A DNA stretch of 64,000 bases from Azolla caroliniana (GCA_043228905.1 JBHGNT010000021.1:1240001-1304000), one strand, 5' to 3'; positions 40,136-53,607 are shown, counted from the stretch's first letter. Made by a program: numbers and translations. Notes: generated by a model not told the origin, from the sequence alone.

Positions 40136-40668
40136 CCTTAAGATAATGAATTGTAAGTAAAGAGATTGGGTCTCATAAATATCCCTCTTAGAATAAACAA
40201 ATACCCTATCTACATAGTTCATGAATAAAAGATTGTGAGCATGAAGATTTTCCCCTAAAAATATACATGGTATGGATGTCAATCTATTGGGCAAACGATA
40301 AAAGTATTGGCCACCATAGATTATGCAACAAGACCCTCGACCTCCACAACATGATCGTCATGTTTATCGGAACGTGATATCATGATCTATTCGAACAACC
40401 CAAGTATCGAGAGGTAATCTTGCATGCATAGTCTCCCATTGATTTATTTAAACAAAATTGTGGCTATTGTTTATATATCAAATGCATGTCCAAAAATGAC
40501 CATGAAATGCACAATCGAGTGCAACATGAAATACACCCACTATCTAGGTGTCAAATAACACCATGATAAAACTTGCCAAATTTGAGAAATGTAACTATCT
40601 GACAAGCAAATGGACATTGTGTAAATCGATGAATATTATCTTCCATTTGAACAGTGCAAAAAAAACAA

Positions 40669-41960
40669 TTACCCGTTGCTAATCCACGATGCTTTAGAGC
40701 TAATCCCAAAGCCAATCCTCCAATCAAAACGCTCTAAATGAAGACTTTGGTCCTTTGCTACAAGTGGCAATTTAGAATGCCAACTATGTTGTAAGATTTG
40801 CCACCACCCATGATCAGATTTGTGTATTTTCCATTCTTCTTCGGCCTTAGATGATAACCATCCAAGAGACTCAATAGAGCAATGATACAAATATTAGTAG
40901 TCACTTGTAACAATGACATTTGACCCTGTAAACACCAATCAATCCACGATTGTTCTCCTATTTGTAGAGGTAAGGGACCTTGCATCAATGCAATATTTTG
41001 TAGTTGTTGCCAAATAAACCCATAATTAGGCGGGATGCGTAATAATTGCCGCACTTCAACAAACTCCAAAATTCTTTGAGATGGAGCCTCAACTATATCT
41101 CCCACCTCTTTGACCCCCAAACGAAACAAACAATTAAATTGAGAGCGCAATCTATCCTTTCCTAGCCAACATAATAACCAAGAAGACACAAGTAACTCTT
41201 TTTGCAAAGAATTACAATGCTCTCTACTAGATTATGGTTTCCATACACATAACAAGAGTGCTTCCTGCCATGAAGTAAACAAGTGTTGAACAGATGAAGA
41301 ACCCAGAATCCTAAGTGAAATACATCCATTCAGTAATTGTCACCATGAAGCCTTGATCGTTGTCCTCCCATGTGTTAAACCCTTGTTCTCAGTGAAATAT
41401 TGAACAATTGATATCCATGGTTGTGAGTTTGAATACATGTCTTGTAATAATGAAAATCTATGAGCCATCATATGCATAGTAAGTTCAATATTCCAACTCC
41501 CCCCCAAGCGCTTAGGGGTTACTCGATGATTCCACGCAACCCAAGTGAACCCATCTTATCCCTCTTCTTCCACAACAAATCTTGAAGAGGTTGCAAAACA
41601 GAATGTAAAGCCTTCTTTGTCCATGGCAACAATGACAAGCAATATAATATCATGGGTTCCATAATACATTGTACAACCTTCAAGCATACATGAAATGGTT
41701 AAGATTGTGACTTCCAATACATGAACTTATCCCTCAACTTACTGACATACATTCAATCAATTGACCATTGACCATTTGTAACATTCATTCCTAATGGATA
41801 GCCCAAATGTCGAAAAATAGAGCCTTTCTTCACCACGGATCCTTGTCTTCCTAAACATTCCAAATCCCTTTCAGTACATGATATGAGACTAAACTTCCTC
41901 CAATTAAAATGTAATCCAGAAGCCAATTTTGAAATTGGTTCCATACAAGCATCCCCTTCT
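40669..41960 (-). mobile_element. Degraded L1-type LINE ORF2 fragment (post-RT region)
   Basis: SGLHFNWRKFSLI, FRHLGYPLGMNV, a 'W..VTPKRLGG' motif and Trp-rich broken frames. Confidence 0.6.
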
Positions 41961-42044
41961 CAAGATTCTCTCATGAGGCTTGTAGAAACATGAAAGAATC
42001 ATCAGTCAAAGCTTGTGCTACTAGTTGCAAAGATTGTGCTACTA

Positions 42045-42088
<44 letters not shown>

Positions 42089-42089
42089 A

Positions 42090-42570
42090 TATGGTAGCTC
42101 GTGAGCATCTTTGGAGGTGAATGCAAGAACTCGAGTTTCCAAGTGAGTATATGCTTACAAATTCCTGAATTTATGAGAATGTTATATGGTGTGTGTGTGT
42201 GTATGGGTGATAGACTATTAGATTTTTTCAATAGCAATATTGGCATTAAGCAATATGTCCACTCTCACCAACTCTATTTGTTCTATGCATTGATGGATTG
42301 GAAGAAATGGTTGCAAAGCTTGTAAAGGAAGGAGTTGAAGAAGTTGTCATTAGGATTGTAGTCATCATGCTTTTGTTATATGCAGGTGATGTAATGATTT
42401 TTGCAAATACTTTGGGAGATGTGCAAAAGCTTGTGAAGGTATGGAAATTTTTTACATGCATACTAAATTAAGTGTGAATAGCTCTAAAACAAAGATTATG
42501 CTTGTGAAGAGGCAAACGAAAAAGATTAACCATGCATTATATACAATAATTAGCCATTTGAATGTAAAAT
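42090..42570 (+). mobile_element. Degraded RTE-like RT fragment
   Basis: FFNSNIGIKQ, SPTLFVLCIDGLE, MLLLYAGDV and LSVNSSKTKIML across frameshifts. Confidence 0.65.
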
Positions 42571-43162
42571 GTATTCATTGATAAAGGTCTTGAACATCAA
42601 GAGTAGCTACTCACTTTGACATGTATTACGTGAAATGTAATATTTTTGGTCTCATAGGTCATATTTGACCTCCGATGAAGATAATAGAATCTATCTATCG
42701 ATCTAGTTAAAACACACAATTATAGTTACAAAATAGATCATCATATTCTTTACAAAAATCATGGCGAGGAGCAAGAGTAGAGCATGGCGGGAAGAGGAAA
42801 TGGCGAGCAGGAGCACGGAGAGGAATGCGCGTGCTGGCTAGTTGTGTGTCGTTGTCCAAGATCTCGCGCAGCGGCTATCGCAGGAGGGAGTTTTGGCCGC
42901 TCGTCAGAGCCTATTCTACTCTGTGGGGCTGTCAGGGTTGCAGGGAGGGCGTCGAATGCAACCGATTCCTTTCTCCTACAACGAGTCAACGTCACAGCAA
43001 ACATTGGAGTGGTTGTCGGCTGCACAGAGCGCCTCAAATGAACCACATTGATTGTGAGTTTACCTACCCCTACAGTGTCAGATACGTTTTTATTAGGGAG
43101 TAAGGCTAAGAGTAGAGCATTAGAGGGCAAGGGAGCCAAAGGGCAACGGGCTACAAGAGAAC

Positions 43163-45457
43163 ATGGTGGCAAGGGACCCATCTGAGGGTAGTAAAACAGA
43201 TTCAATGTCATCGATTAAAGTACCAGCGGGAAGGGTGCCGCCCGCGCGGTGGGTGGAGTCGAGGTATGCATTACCAAGGATGGTTAATGGTCGTGAAAAG
43301 CAACAGGCTGGGAATTTGGAACATAAGGAAGCAAGAGACGCTTGGAAAGTTGTAGGGAAACATATTAATGGAGGATCTGGCAGGATATGTAAGGAATTGG
43401 TGAATCAGACAGATAAGAGGGGATGGATGGAAGAGATGATTAGGGCCCCTTCCAGCAGTATGGCTACAACCCTCTTCGCAGTTGATGGCAATGAGGACTC
43501 GCGTGTGTGGGGAGAATCAGAGGTTTGGAAAGTGGACGCACGAAAGCAAGAAGCTAGAGGAGATCATGCCAACCTTGCATTATGGCAAACGGACGAAGAG
43601 GGAGTTGAAGAGGGGCAGCGGGGACTGCAAGGAGGATCGCCTCAATGGTTGCCTATGGTGGAGAGTGAGGCCACGGAGTACACGTTACAAGTGGAAAACC
43701 TTTTGAATGAATGTGGTCAGGCACATAATGCACATAATGCATGCATGAGAGGAGATCATGATAAGGAATTGAAAATGGTGGAGACTTCTGATGTGTTGTA
43801 TGTTTTTCTGTCCGAAGAAGAAAGTACAATCCTAAATGCTGAGATCAAAAGACTAAAGAAATGTTCGTTCATTTGTAAGCTATTTGGTGGTAGGCCCAAT
43901 AGAGGTATGGTCCGTGATATGCTACAGATAGCTTTAATGGATAAGGTCCCGCATATAAAGAGCGTGGATAATATGGGACGGAATTTCTTTCACATTGAAG
44001 TGAATGAAGGGAGTGATGTATCGCAAATTATCAATATGAAATGTGTAGAACTCAAATATGGAAGAGCTCTGTTGTTGGAGTGGCATGCTAATTTCAATGT
44101 TATGGATGAGGCTAAGAAAATTGGTAATCCCATGGTGATATCTATGGTATTCCCTAATCTGCCTCGACACTTATATCTGTTGATGCAAAATATTGGGGAG
44201 AAGATTGGCACAATTTGTCCTTCAAAGGCAACCATGGTAGACAAAATCCGAGACTCCCCTAAGATTAGGGTGCTTGTGCAAAGTTTGTCCACACTTCCCT
44301 CCCTAATTAGAGTGCATGATGTGGAGGGAAGATTGATAGATGTGGATGTGGAATATGAGGGTTTACCTGGCCAATGTTTCTATTGTAAAAGAAAGGGCCA
44401 CATTGCCAAGGAATGTCCAAGGAAGATTAATAGAAATGTAAGGGGGGAGAAGGATACGGGGCCAATAGATAAGCAAGAGACGTTGAGGGTGTCAAGATTG
44501 AGTAACCTCAATGGGGCTGAGAAGGTGAACACTAGTGATGGCTGGACTCGTGTTTTGGGACGGAAAAATGGCTTGGAACGAGAAGTCAACATGGATACGC
44601 CTCAGGCAGATTTGAGAAATCGTTTTGAAGTGTTGCAAGAAGAGGAGGACCTAGCACAAGACTCAAAGAAAACTATTCTTGAAGAGGTGGTAGTATGTAC
44701 ACCTGAGGTCATGTTAAAAAGTGGAACACTTAGACAAGAATCTGCCATGGGCTCCCCTTCCTCCATTGGCAAAAGTGGAAGTATGGGATTGAGAGCAATG
44801 AAAGACTGGCTGCGTAATGGGAGGTGTCAAGAAAGCTCATCCATCACTCCTGAAATTCAGAAGTTGCAAGTGGTGGGACAAGGAAGTAAGGAGGCAAATG
44901 TTAGAGTTCCAATCAAATTTGTTAGGTCAAAAATATTGGAAGGGGACAGGCTGGACAAGGGATATAGGTTTAGTCAGCAAGCTCTCACAAGACTGACTGA
45001 TTTGTCACAAGGGGAAGCTCTAGGGCTAAGGGTTTATGTAGTTGTTGCTGAACGAAACAAGCTGCCAGCTATAGGCGTCTCTTTTGATCTAACAGACCTA
45101 GAGGTTACAACCAGTAACTTGCCACGGATCTCCAACTTTATAGAAGTTAAGGCACACAAATACTTCCACAGCCTACCTATCACCTGGAATGGAGATCAAT
45201 GGAGGTTGATGTGGCTGAATGCTGGAATGATATGTGGGAGTTTTCATGATTCTCGCATTAAAAATCAGATTTTACTATGCCTAGAGGAGACGATAGACTC
45301 CCTCGATGAGGTGTTGCACTTCCACGAGGAGGAAATGGCAGAAGCTACAAGGCAAGATGTTGTTTTAGGATGGGAGAGGATCAAGGCAGGAGGTTGGGCA
45401 TGGGCTTGTGGGGAGGGACTATGTCCGGCTTGGGAGACTTCACAATTGTTCTCATGA
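43163..45457 (+). CDS. LINE ORF1 (DUF4283/RRM-like region, CCHC zinc knuckle, long C-terminal extension)
   Basis: SFICKLFGGRP...GRNFFHIEV and EYEGLPGQCFYCKRKGHIAKEC. Probably began near 42784 before a stop and a frameshift. Confidence 0.8.
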   Translation: MVARDPSEGSKTDSMSSIKVPAGRVPPARWVESRYALPRMVNGREKQQAGNLEHKEARDAWKVVGKHINGGSGRICKELVNQTDKRGWMEEMIRAPSSSMATTLFAVDGNEDSRVWGESEVWKVDARKQEARGDHANLALWQTDEEGVEEGQRGLQGGSPQWLPMVESEATEYTLQVENLLNECGQAHNAHNACMRGDHDKELKMVETSDVLYVFLSEEESTILNAEIKRLKKCSFICKLFGGRPNRGMVRDMLQIALMDKVPHIKSVDNMGRNFFHIEVNEGSDVSQIINMKCVELKYGRALLLEWHANFNVMDEAKKIGNPMVISMVFPNLPRHLYLLMQNIGEKIGTICPSKATMVDKIRDSPKIRVLVQSLSTLPSLIRVHDVEGRLIDVDVEYEGLPGQCFYCKRKGHIAKECPRKINRNVRGEKDTGPIDKQETLRVSRLSNLNGAEKVNTSDGWTRVLGRKNGLEREVNMDTPQADLRNRFEVLQEEEDLAQDSKKTILEEVVVCTPEVMLKSGTLRQESAMGSPSSIGKSGSMGLRAMKDWLRNGRCQESSSITPEIQKLQVVGQGSKEANVRVPIKFVRSKILEGDRLDKGYRFSQQALTRLTDLSQGEALGLRVYVVVAERNKLPAIGVSFDLTDLEVTTSNLPRISNFIEVKAHKYFHSLPITWNGDQWRLMWLNAGMICGSFHDSRIKNQILLCLEETIDSLDEVLHFHEEEMAEATRQDVVLGWERIKAGGWAWACGEGLCPAWETSQLFS

Positions 45458-48148
45458 AATTAATCACGTGGAACATACAAGGTCTAGGCGGTAGCAAATG
45501 TATGTTGGAGAGGAAGAACCTCCGCCAAGAGTTCAAATCCCCTAGCTTTAGGGGTATCCTAGACATTTTGCTCTTGCAAGAGCACCATTTAAGTGCGAAC
45601 AGAATCTCGAGTATTGGCAATCCTCTAGCGGGGGATTGGCATACTTTTTGGTCCCCAGCACAAGGTGAGCATGGTAGAAAAGGGGGTGTTTGTACATCTA
45701 TCAAGAATAATCCAGATATTATTGTTGTGGACCAAGGCACCATCGTGGAGGGATGTGCCATCTATGTGATGGTCAGATGGCAACAACGTATCATTGGAAT
45801 AATAAATGTGTACGCGCCCAATTCGATAGCGATGCGGGCCCTTTTTTGGAGGCATTTGGCCGATGGATTGCCGATGGCAGATGCATGGATCCTCGCAGGG
45901 GATTTTAACATGACTTTGCACACAGAGGACAAGGTGGGGGGCATGCATACGGCGGTGCAGGGGTCAGAGTTAGTTGCATGGGATTTGTTGATGGGCAGAA
46001 TGGGAGTGAAAGATGCTTGGTATGTACTAAAAAAGCCTCGGAGCTCGCTATGCTTCTCAAGAGCAGGCTGCAATATAAATGGCTATTGTATGTCTCGCAT
46101 AGACAGAATATACATAAGCTCGGAACTGGAAAAATATGGCAGCAATGTTGAAATCATCGCAGGTTCAGCTTACTCTGATCACATGCCGGTTACAATTACG
46201 TTGGTCACTCAGAGGCTGAACAAAAGGGACTGCAACTTAAGGATTAGTAGTAAACTTTTTGAGGATGTGGAGGTGAGAAGTAAGATAAGGAGTATATGGG
46301 AAAATAATCTAGTTGGTTGCGGTGCTTTGGATAATCTTCGAGGAAAGATTATTGAAACTTCAAAGTATTTGCATGAAGAGACTAAAAATAGATTTGAGAG
46401 GTCCAAGGAAAGAGAGGTGAGACTAAGAAGATCGATAGCGGCTGCCCAAAGAATGCTTCAGAAAAATCCCAAGTGTCTTTGGTCGAGATCAGGTCTTGAG
46501 GCTGCTAAAGAAACACTACAACGACTGATTGTGTCAAGAAATAAGATGGTATTCAGGAGTTCAGCAGCTTGGTGGAGTAGATATGGGGACAAGGTGAACC
46601 AACAATTTTTTAAGTTTAAAAAACCAAGCACAAATGGTAACTTCAATCCTAAATTGATCAAGGAGGATGGTTCACTGTCAGAAGATGTATCGGAGATCAT
46701 GGAGGCAGTCACATCTCACTATAGTGGGCTACTATCAAATAGTTATAGTCTCCCAGCCCAGCCTTCACTGGCAGAATTTGTATTGGAGGGAATGCAACCA
46801 AGAATTTCAGAGGTTGCACAAGTTAAGTTGTCAGGGCCACTCTTGGAAGAAGAGGTGTCAGACGCTTTGGCAAGTATATGTAGTACATCTTGTCCAGGCG
46901 ACGACGGATTATCAAAAGATTTTTATGAAATTTTTTGGGAACTAATTAAGGTTGACCTGATTGCTGGACTAAATGAGGCATGGGATGATGGGTACCTCCC
47001 TGAACAGTTTAAAGAGGGACTAATATTTCTAATTCCTAAGGTAAAGGGTATAGTTACGGATGTGAGGCAATGGAGACCGATTACGCTACTCAACACAATC
47101 TATAAGATTTTTGCTAATATGCTGGCCAAGAGGGTCAAACCCCTCATACATGCGCTAATTAGTGTTGGACAAACAGGATTCATGGAAAATAGATGTATAA
47201 TTGATAATGTGTTGACCTTTTGGGAAGCGATTGCCCTGGCGAAGAAAACCAATCAACATATTGCATGCCTCATGCTTGACTTTGAGAAGGCATATAACAG
47301 AGTACAGTGGCCTTTTTTAGACAAAGTCATGGAGCGGTTGGGACTACCCTCAAAATGGAGAGCAGTTGCGTTGGCCCTTTACAAAGGAAGCTTGAGTAGG
47401 GTGTTGGTATTAGGGCAACGGGGCCCATCAATGCCATTATGCAAGTCTGTCCGGCAGGGGTGCCCATTGGCCCCCTATCTTTATTTATTTATTTCAGAGG
47501 CATTCTCTTTCTTTCTAAATACCTGATGCAGGAATTCGGGGTTTGGTTGTCCCACATGCTTGCAAGGACTTGTTGGACTCCATGTATGCAAATGACACTA
47601 TGCTCTATTTGCAAGGCAATGATGCCAATTTACAGCAGGCTGAAAAACGGATTGAGTTGTTTTGTGAAGCATCAGGGGGGGAAATTAATTGGAACAAAAG
47701 TAGAGGGTTTTGGGTAAGTCCAAACTCCAGGCCGCATTGGCAACCTAATGTTGTTTTTCAATGGGTTCCTAATGGAAGGGAGGTTAAGTATTTGGGCTTT
47801 TTGGTGGGAGTAGAGATTCAGAAAAACCAGCAGCTTGAGCAAGTGAAAGACAAAATTAGAAAAAAGCTTCGGTTATGGACATCAGTAAAGCTTTCCCTTG
47901 CAGGTAGAGTGGTTGTGGTAAACCACATTTTGTTGGCCACCATGTGGCACTCGTTGGCATGTTGGATGTTAGATAAAGATTGCATCAAAAATATTAAGGC
48001 AATGGTGAGAGGGTTCCTTTGGTCAGGTAGAGACCATGAGACAGCGTCAGCTAAAGTGGCCTAGAGTTGTTTGATCAAGGAAAAAAGTCAAGGTGGACTT
48101 GGGCTGGTGGATCCGGTTCACCAAAGTAAGGCTTTACTTGGTAAGCTC

Positions 48149-48319
48149 TGTCGAATACATGTGTATAATGGACGTATTCACACTATCCCGTTTTGGTACA
48201 TTTATGTAATTAGCATAAAGGGTAGTTGCCCTAAGTCGGTCACTATATATAGTGACCTTGTAACCTTTTTGTAAGGTTGGATGTTGTATTATTACTTTGG
48301 GAAATAGAAAGTCGTTTTT

Positions 48320-48354
<35 letters not shown>

Positions 48355-48440
48355 AACTATCTCAGAAACTGTCATACGCAGGTATTCAGCACGAATCGAA
48401 TGCTTCTTGATCTTCCGCATTGACGACATTGTCTCCAACA
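48149..48440 (+). repeat. copia 5' LTR (292 bp)
   Basis: TGTCGAATAC...CTCCAACA. Confidence 0.95.
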
Positions 48441-49103
48441 TCTGGTATCAGAGCCTGCACAGTAGTCGGTCCTTCAATCCGCTGTCGGCCGTCGTCTCAG
48501 CATTCGGTTTCCTGCGTCATTCGAAGAAGAGAGAAGAAGAAGAAAAACCAGGTTTGCATCTCATCGCGTTAGATCATCTTAGCTTGGAGTAAGCCAGCAG
48601 GTTGTACTCCGTTCCTTGTGATCGTAACCGCTCGAGGTGAAATCCCCTTGTGAAACTTTGACACGATCGTGCTCCATTCGGTTAAACGGCATCCGAAGAG
48701 GTCATCAAACGCCGCTCGTTGTAACCACTCGGTGCAGATCGGTCTCAAGACAACAACCCCAAATTCGTGCTTCATCTGGCTGATCGACATTCGGGAGGAT
48801 CAGTTGGATCCGTCTCTCTTGTTGCTGCAGTCAACCGAAGCAGAATCGGTCCAGATAATCGGTTTCAATAATCGGTATTCGGCATATATATCCGAAGCGA
48901 ACCGGGCTCACTCCGACTCGGCAACATTCGGGAAGACCAGTCGGTTCTGTCCCTCAAGCTACCGGAGTCAATTCGAGCAAGTTCCGAAGCCGAACCGAAT
49001 CGGATTCAAATCCGACTAGAGCGATTTCGGGTGAGCCAACCGGCCGCACTCCAACAAGGTTCGTAGTCAACTCCGAACCGAGCTTCGTCAACCGAAACCG
49101 AAT

Positions 49104-52100
49104 TTGATGGCATCAACATCCGGCTCGTCAGAAATGAGTCTACGAAAGTTCGATGGATCGAACTTCAACTTCTGGAAGGAGCAAATGCAGGACTATCTCA
49201 TAGTCAAGGGGCAAATCGATCCCATCGAAAATGAAGAACCTCCAGAAGGATACAAACCAATTGAGTGGCAGAAGCTGGACAGAATTGTCCGCGCCACGAT
49301 TCGGATGCACCTATCGGAATCGGTATATTTTACGGTGCAATCGTGTACGACAGCATTCGAACTGTGGAAAACACTGTCGGACACTTACGAAAAGAAGGTC
49401 GCCGCAACGAAGATGTTTCTGATCCGGCGCCTCTACAACTTGCGGATGAAAGAATCCGATTCGGTTCAAGCACACCTCAATGAGTACGAAAGCATAAGCT
49501 CCCAAATCTCGTCACAGGGGACGGCAATCGAGGATGAACTCAGAGCAATGATACTCATGAGCAGCCTTCCCTCATCATGGGAAACCTTCGTTACAACCGT
49601 GTGCAACGCGTCAACCACGGCTGTCAAATACTCCGAAGTCACGAGCGCAATCCTGACCGAAGCAGCTCGGAGAAAGTCTTTCGCCAAAGACTCAACAGAC
49701 GACGCTTACGTAGTACAAGGTTCGACAGACCGATCGAACATACGAGGAAGAGATTCCTCACGGCCGCCGAACAATCAGTGAAGACGGAGCCAGTCACGGG
49801 ATAACCAAATCTGCAACTATTGCAAGAAACCCGGACACATCAAAGCCGACTGCCGCGCACTCAAGAACAAGAACAACAAGAAGAGTGGCCGGCATGAGGA
49901 GATCAATTACGTCAGCTTCTCAGCTGATGTACTACCGGACGACCCGAATATACTATCAATCGAAAATCCAGTCGGATCAGAAGTTCTACTCACGACTGAA
50001 GAATCGAGCACATGGCTCTTAGATTCGGGTGCGTCATTTCACGTGACTCCTCATCGATCCCAATTTCGGCAATATACGATCCGTCACTCCGACTCAGTTC
50101 GGGTCGGCAACTCACAACACTGTGACATCATCGGAATTGGCACAGTAGAGCTCAACCTTGCAGGTGGCTCTACACTTGTACTCCACAATGTCCGACATGT
50201 ACCCGAGCTCTCAAGGCCATTGATCTCAGTCGGACAACTAGATGAAGACGGCATTCGTGCCGGTTTCTCTTCGGGAGGGTGGACACTCCACAGGGGGAAC
50301 CTCCTGCTTGCTAGAGGACCCAAGATACACTCCCTGTATCCGTTACATGTTACGCTCAGAGAGGGTAACCTGTTTTTGGTGGATATTCCTGTGTCATCAC
50401 TATGGCACCGAAGATTAGGACACCTCAGCAAGGCCGGCATCACGCACCTATCTAGAGCCGGATACATCCCCAAACTCTCCTTCTCCGACCATCAATTCTG
50501 CGAGCATTGCCAGTATGGCAAACAAGCAGCCGCATCACACCCGACATCAGCACCAAGAGAAACGAGACCTCTCGATTTGGTCCACTCGGACGTCTGTGGC
50601 CCAATGCCGCATCAGTCTCTCGGCGGTGCCTCTTACTTCGTCACATTTATTGACGATTCGACTCGAAAGGTGTGGGCTTATCCAATTCGCACCAAAGATC
50701 GGGTCTTCTCGATCTTCACCGATTGGCTCGCTATGGTAGAAAATCAAACCGACCGAAAGCTGAAATGCTTTCGGACAGACAATGGGGGAGAGTTTAAATC
50801 CGAAGAATTCGTCAAATTCTGCCGACAACGCGGCATCCGACGTGAATTTACGGCACCACACAGTCCGGAGCAAAACGGGATTGCCGAACGCATGAATCGG
50901 ACAATCCAAGAACGGACAGTTTCCATGCTCCAACACTCCGGACTGTCGGATGGCTTCTGGGCAGAGGCTCTACTCACGGCAGTACACATAATCAATATGT
51001 CGCCAAGTAGACCTCTAGGACTTCAAATTCCTCAGGAACTATGGATCGGCAGTAAGCCGAATTACGACAAGCTGAGGATCTTCGGATGCGAGGCGTACGC
51101 CCTTATTCCGAAAGATGATCGCCGAAAACTTGCACCTCGGTCCAGGAAATGCATTTTCCTTGGATATGGATCCGACGGCGAAATGGGATACCGACTCTGG
51201 GACCCCGAACGCAGACAAATCGTTCGAAGTTCGGACGTTGTGTTCAACGAGTCGGCTATGAATCCATCAGTCGAAAAACCGACCGAAGTCCGAAGGGTAA
51301 CATTTTCCGATGTGCCGACCCTTCAAGAAGGCCCCGCTCTCAACACACGGTCAGCTTCACGGGTAGCTGAACCTTACACTACCGACTCGGACAACTCCGA
51401 CTCGGCACAGCAGAACAATCCGCTTTCGGACCATCCGACCACGATACCCGATGCGACCAGTCCAATCATGCCTCGACGATCCGAGAGACTGTCGCAACCT
51501 CCGGAGAGGTATTCTCCTGGAATTTTCTTCACCGACGCCGGCGAACCGACGTCTTACGAAGAAGCATCGACATATGTCGATTCAGCCACCTGGCATCTGG
51601 CGATGGAGTCGGAAATGCACTCCATTCGGGCAAACAAGACTTGGGAGCTGGTCGAATTACCTAGGAACCGACGTGCTCTTCCTTGCAAGTGGGTTTATCG
51701 ACTAAAAGAGACGTCTGATTCGACCACCCCAAAGTACAAGGCCAGACTAGTTGCGAAGGGCTTCCGACAAGAATACGGCGTCGACTTCGACGAGATTTTT
51801 TCACCAGTGGTGAAAATGACAACCCTTCGTTTCCTACTCGGCGTAGTGGCAGCCGACAACTTGGAGCTGATTCAGCTAGATGTCAAAACAGCATTCCTCC
51901 ATGGTGATCTTGACGAGGAAATTTATATGGAGCAGCCAAAAGGCTTCGTGGCAACTGGCCAAGAACATCTAGTCTGCCGACTCAGGAAGAGTCTATACGG
52001 CCTCAAACAGGCACCGCGACAATGGTACAAGAAGTTCGACGACTTCATCCAATCGATCGGCTTCTCCAAAAGCGATGAGGACCATTGTCTTTTCACCAAC

Positions 52101-53120
52101 ACAGCTCACGATGGATCACCCATCTTCCTCATCATCTACGTGGACGACATGCTAATTTCCGGACGCCACGCGGGCGAACTTGCCGATCTCATTCGGCAAC
52201 TGCGGTTGAAGTTTGCCATGAAGGACCTCGGTCCGGCACGACACATCCTTGGCATGAAGATTAGTCGGCATCGCGATAAACGACATCTTTTTTTGTCTCA
52301 GACCGACTATATCCGACGTGTCTTAGAACGCTTCAACATGCAATCAGCCAAATCTGCTTCAACCCCGCTCCCCATGAATCTTCGGCTCTCTCAGCGAGAC
52401 TGCCCGACATCCGATCCGGAGGGGGAAGATATGAAGTCGGTACCGTATGCACCGGCAGTCGGCTCCCTTATGTACCTGATGGTCGCGACATGGCCTGATA
52501 TCTCTCATGCCGTAGGAGTCGTTAGCAGATTTATGCACAATCCTGGCCGATCGCATTGGAACGCAGTCAAGCATGTATTCAGATATCTGGCTGGCACAAA
52601 AGACCACGGCATTCTCTTCGGTCCGAACCGAACCTCAGGCGTAGTCGGTTACACCGACTCGGACTTCGCCGGCTGTGTAGACAGTCGGAAATCAACAACC
52701 GGATACTGCTTCAAATTCGGCAATGGAGCAATCTCGTGGAAGTCGAAACTTCAGGAGTGCACAGCGACCTCAACGACCGAAGCAGAATATGTAGTTGCGT
52801 CCGACGCAGCAAAAGAAGCTTTGTGGCTCGGTCGGCTGGCGCACACGTTTCGACAAGTCGACCATGACTCGGCTCCAGTTGTCTACAACGACAGTCAAGG
52901 TGCTGTTGCCTTGTCGAAAAATCCGGTTCACCACAACGCCTCCAAACATATCGACGTTCGATATCACTTCGTTCGGGACTGCGTCATTTCAGGAAAAATC
53001 GGTCTAGAGAAAATATCCACAACCGACAATGTCGCAGATGGAATGACCAAGTGTCTTTCGGCAGACCGTTTTCGGTCTCTTCGGCATCAGATGGGCGTAA
53101 CGACAAACCAGTCCGGTTAG
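49104..53120 (+). CDS. copia gag-pol polyprotein (gag, zinc knuckle, PR, IN, RT, RH) with one in-frame TGA at 49779
   Basis: KFDGSNFNFWK (gag). After the TGA the same frame gives CNYCKKPGHIKADC, WLLDSGAS (protease), HRRLGH..CEHC and TDNGGEF (integrase), YKARLVAKG and YVDDML (RT), and YTDSDFAG (RNase H). Confidence 0.93.
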
Positions 53121-53313
53121 AGCCGGACACAGCACAGGATGGTTTCGGACAACCGACATCAGTTCCTTAATGATCGGCTTCAACTGTTCCGACCCGACCA
53201 GTTCGGTCTTCTGCCTTCGGACCCTGCCGACTCGAACAAAGCTGATATGTCCGAGAACCTAAGTCTATACCTATAATCTTAGATAACCCATGTATACGCC
53301 CATTACGGGGGAG

Positions 53314-53484
53314 TGTCGAATACATGTGTATAATGGACGTATTCACACTATCCCGTTTTGGTACATTTATGTAATTAGCATAAAGGGTAGTTGCCCTAAG
53401 TCGGTCACTATATATAGTGACCTTGTAACCTTTTTGTAAGGTTGGATGTTGTATTATTACTTTGGGAAATAGAAAGTCGTTTTT

Positions 53485-53521
<37 letters not shown>

Positions 53522-53607
53522 AACTATCTCAGAAACTGTCATACGCAGGTATTCAGCACGAATCGAATGCTTCTTGATCTTCCGCATTGACGACATTGTC
53601 TCCAACA
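53314..53607 (+). repeat. copia 3' LTR (294 bp)
   Basis: Matches the 5' LTR by eye except for one extra CT unit. Confidence 0.95.

Larger units (their letters stand above)
48149..53607 (+). mobile_element. Ty1/copia LTR retrotransposon, structurally complete and very recent
   Basis: 5' LTR 48149-48440 and 3' LTR 53314-53607 (TG..CA). PBS TGGTATCAGAGC at 48443-48454 (tRNA-iMet), PPT GGGGGAG before the 3' LTR. TSD AGCTC at 48144-48148 and 53608-53612. Confidence 0.97.
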
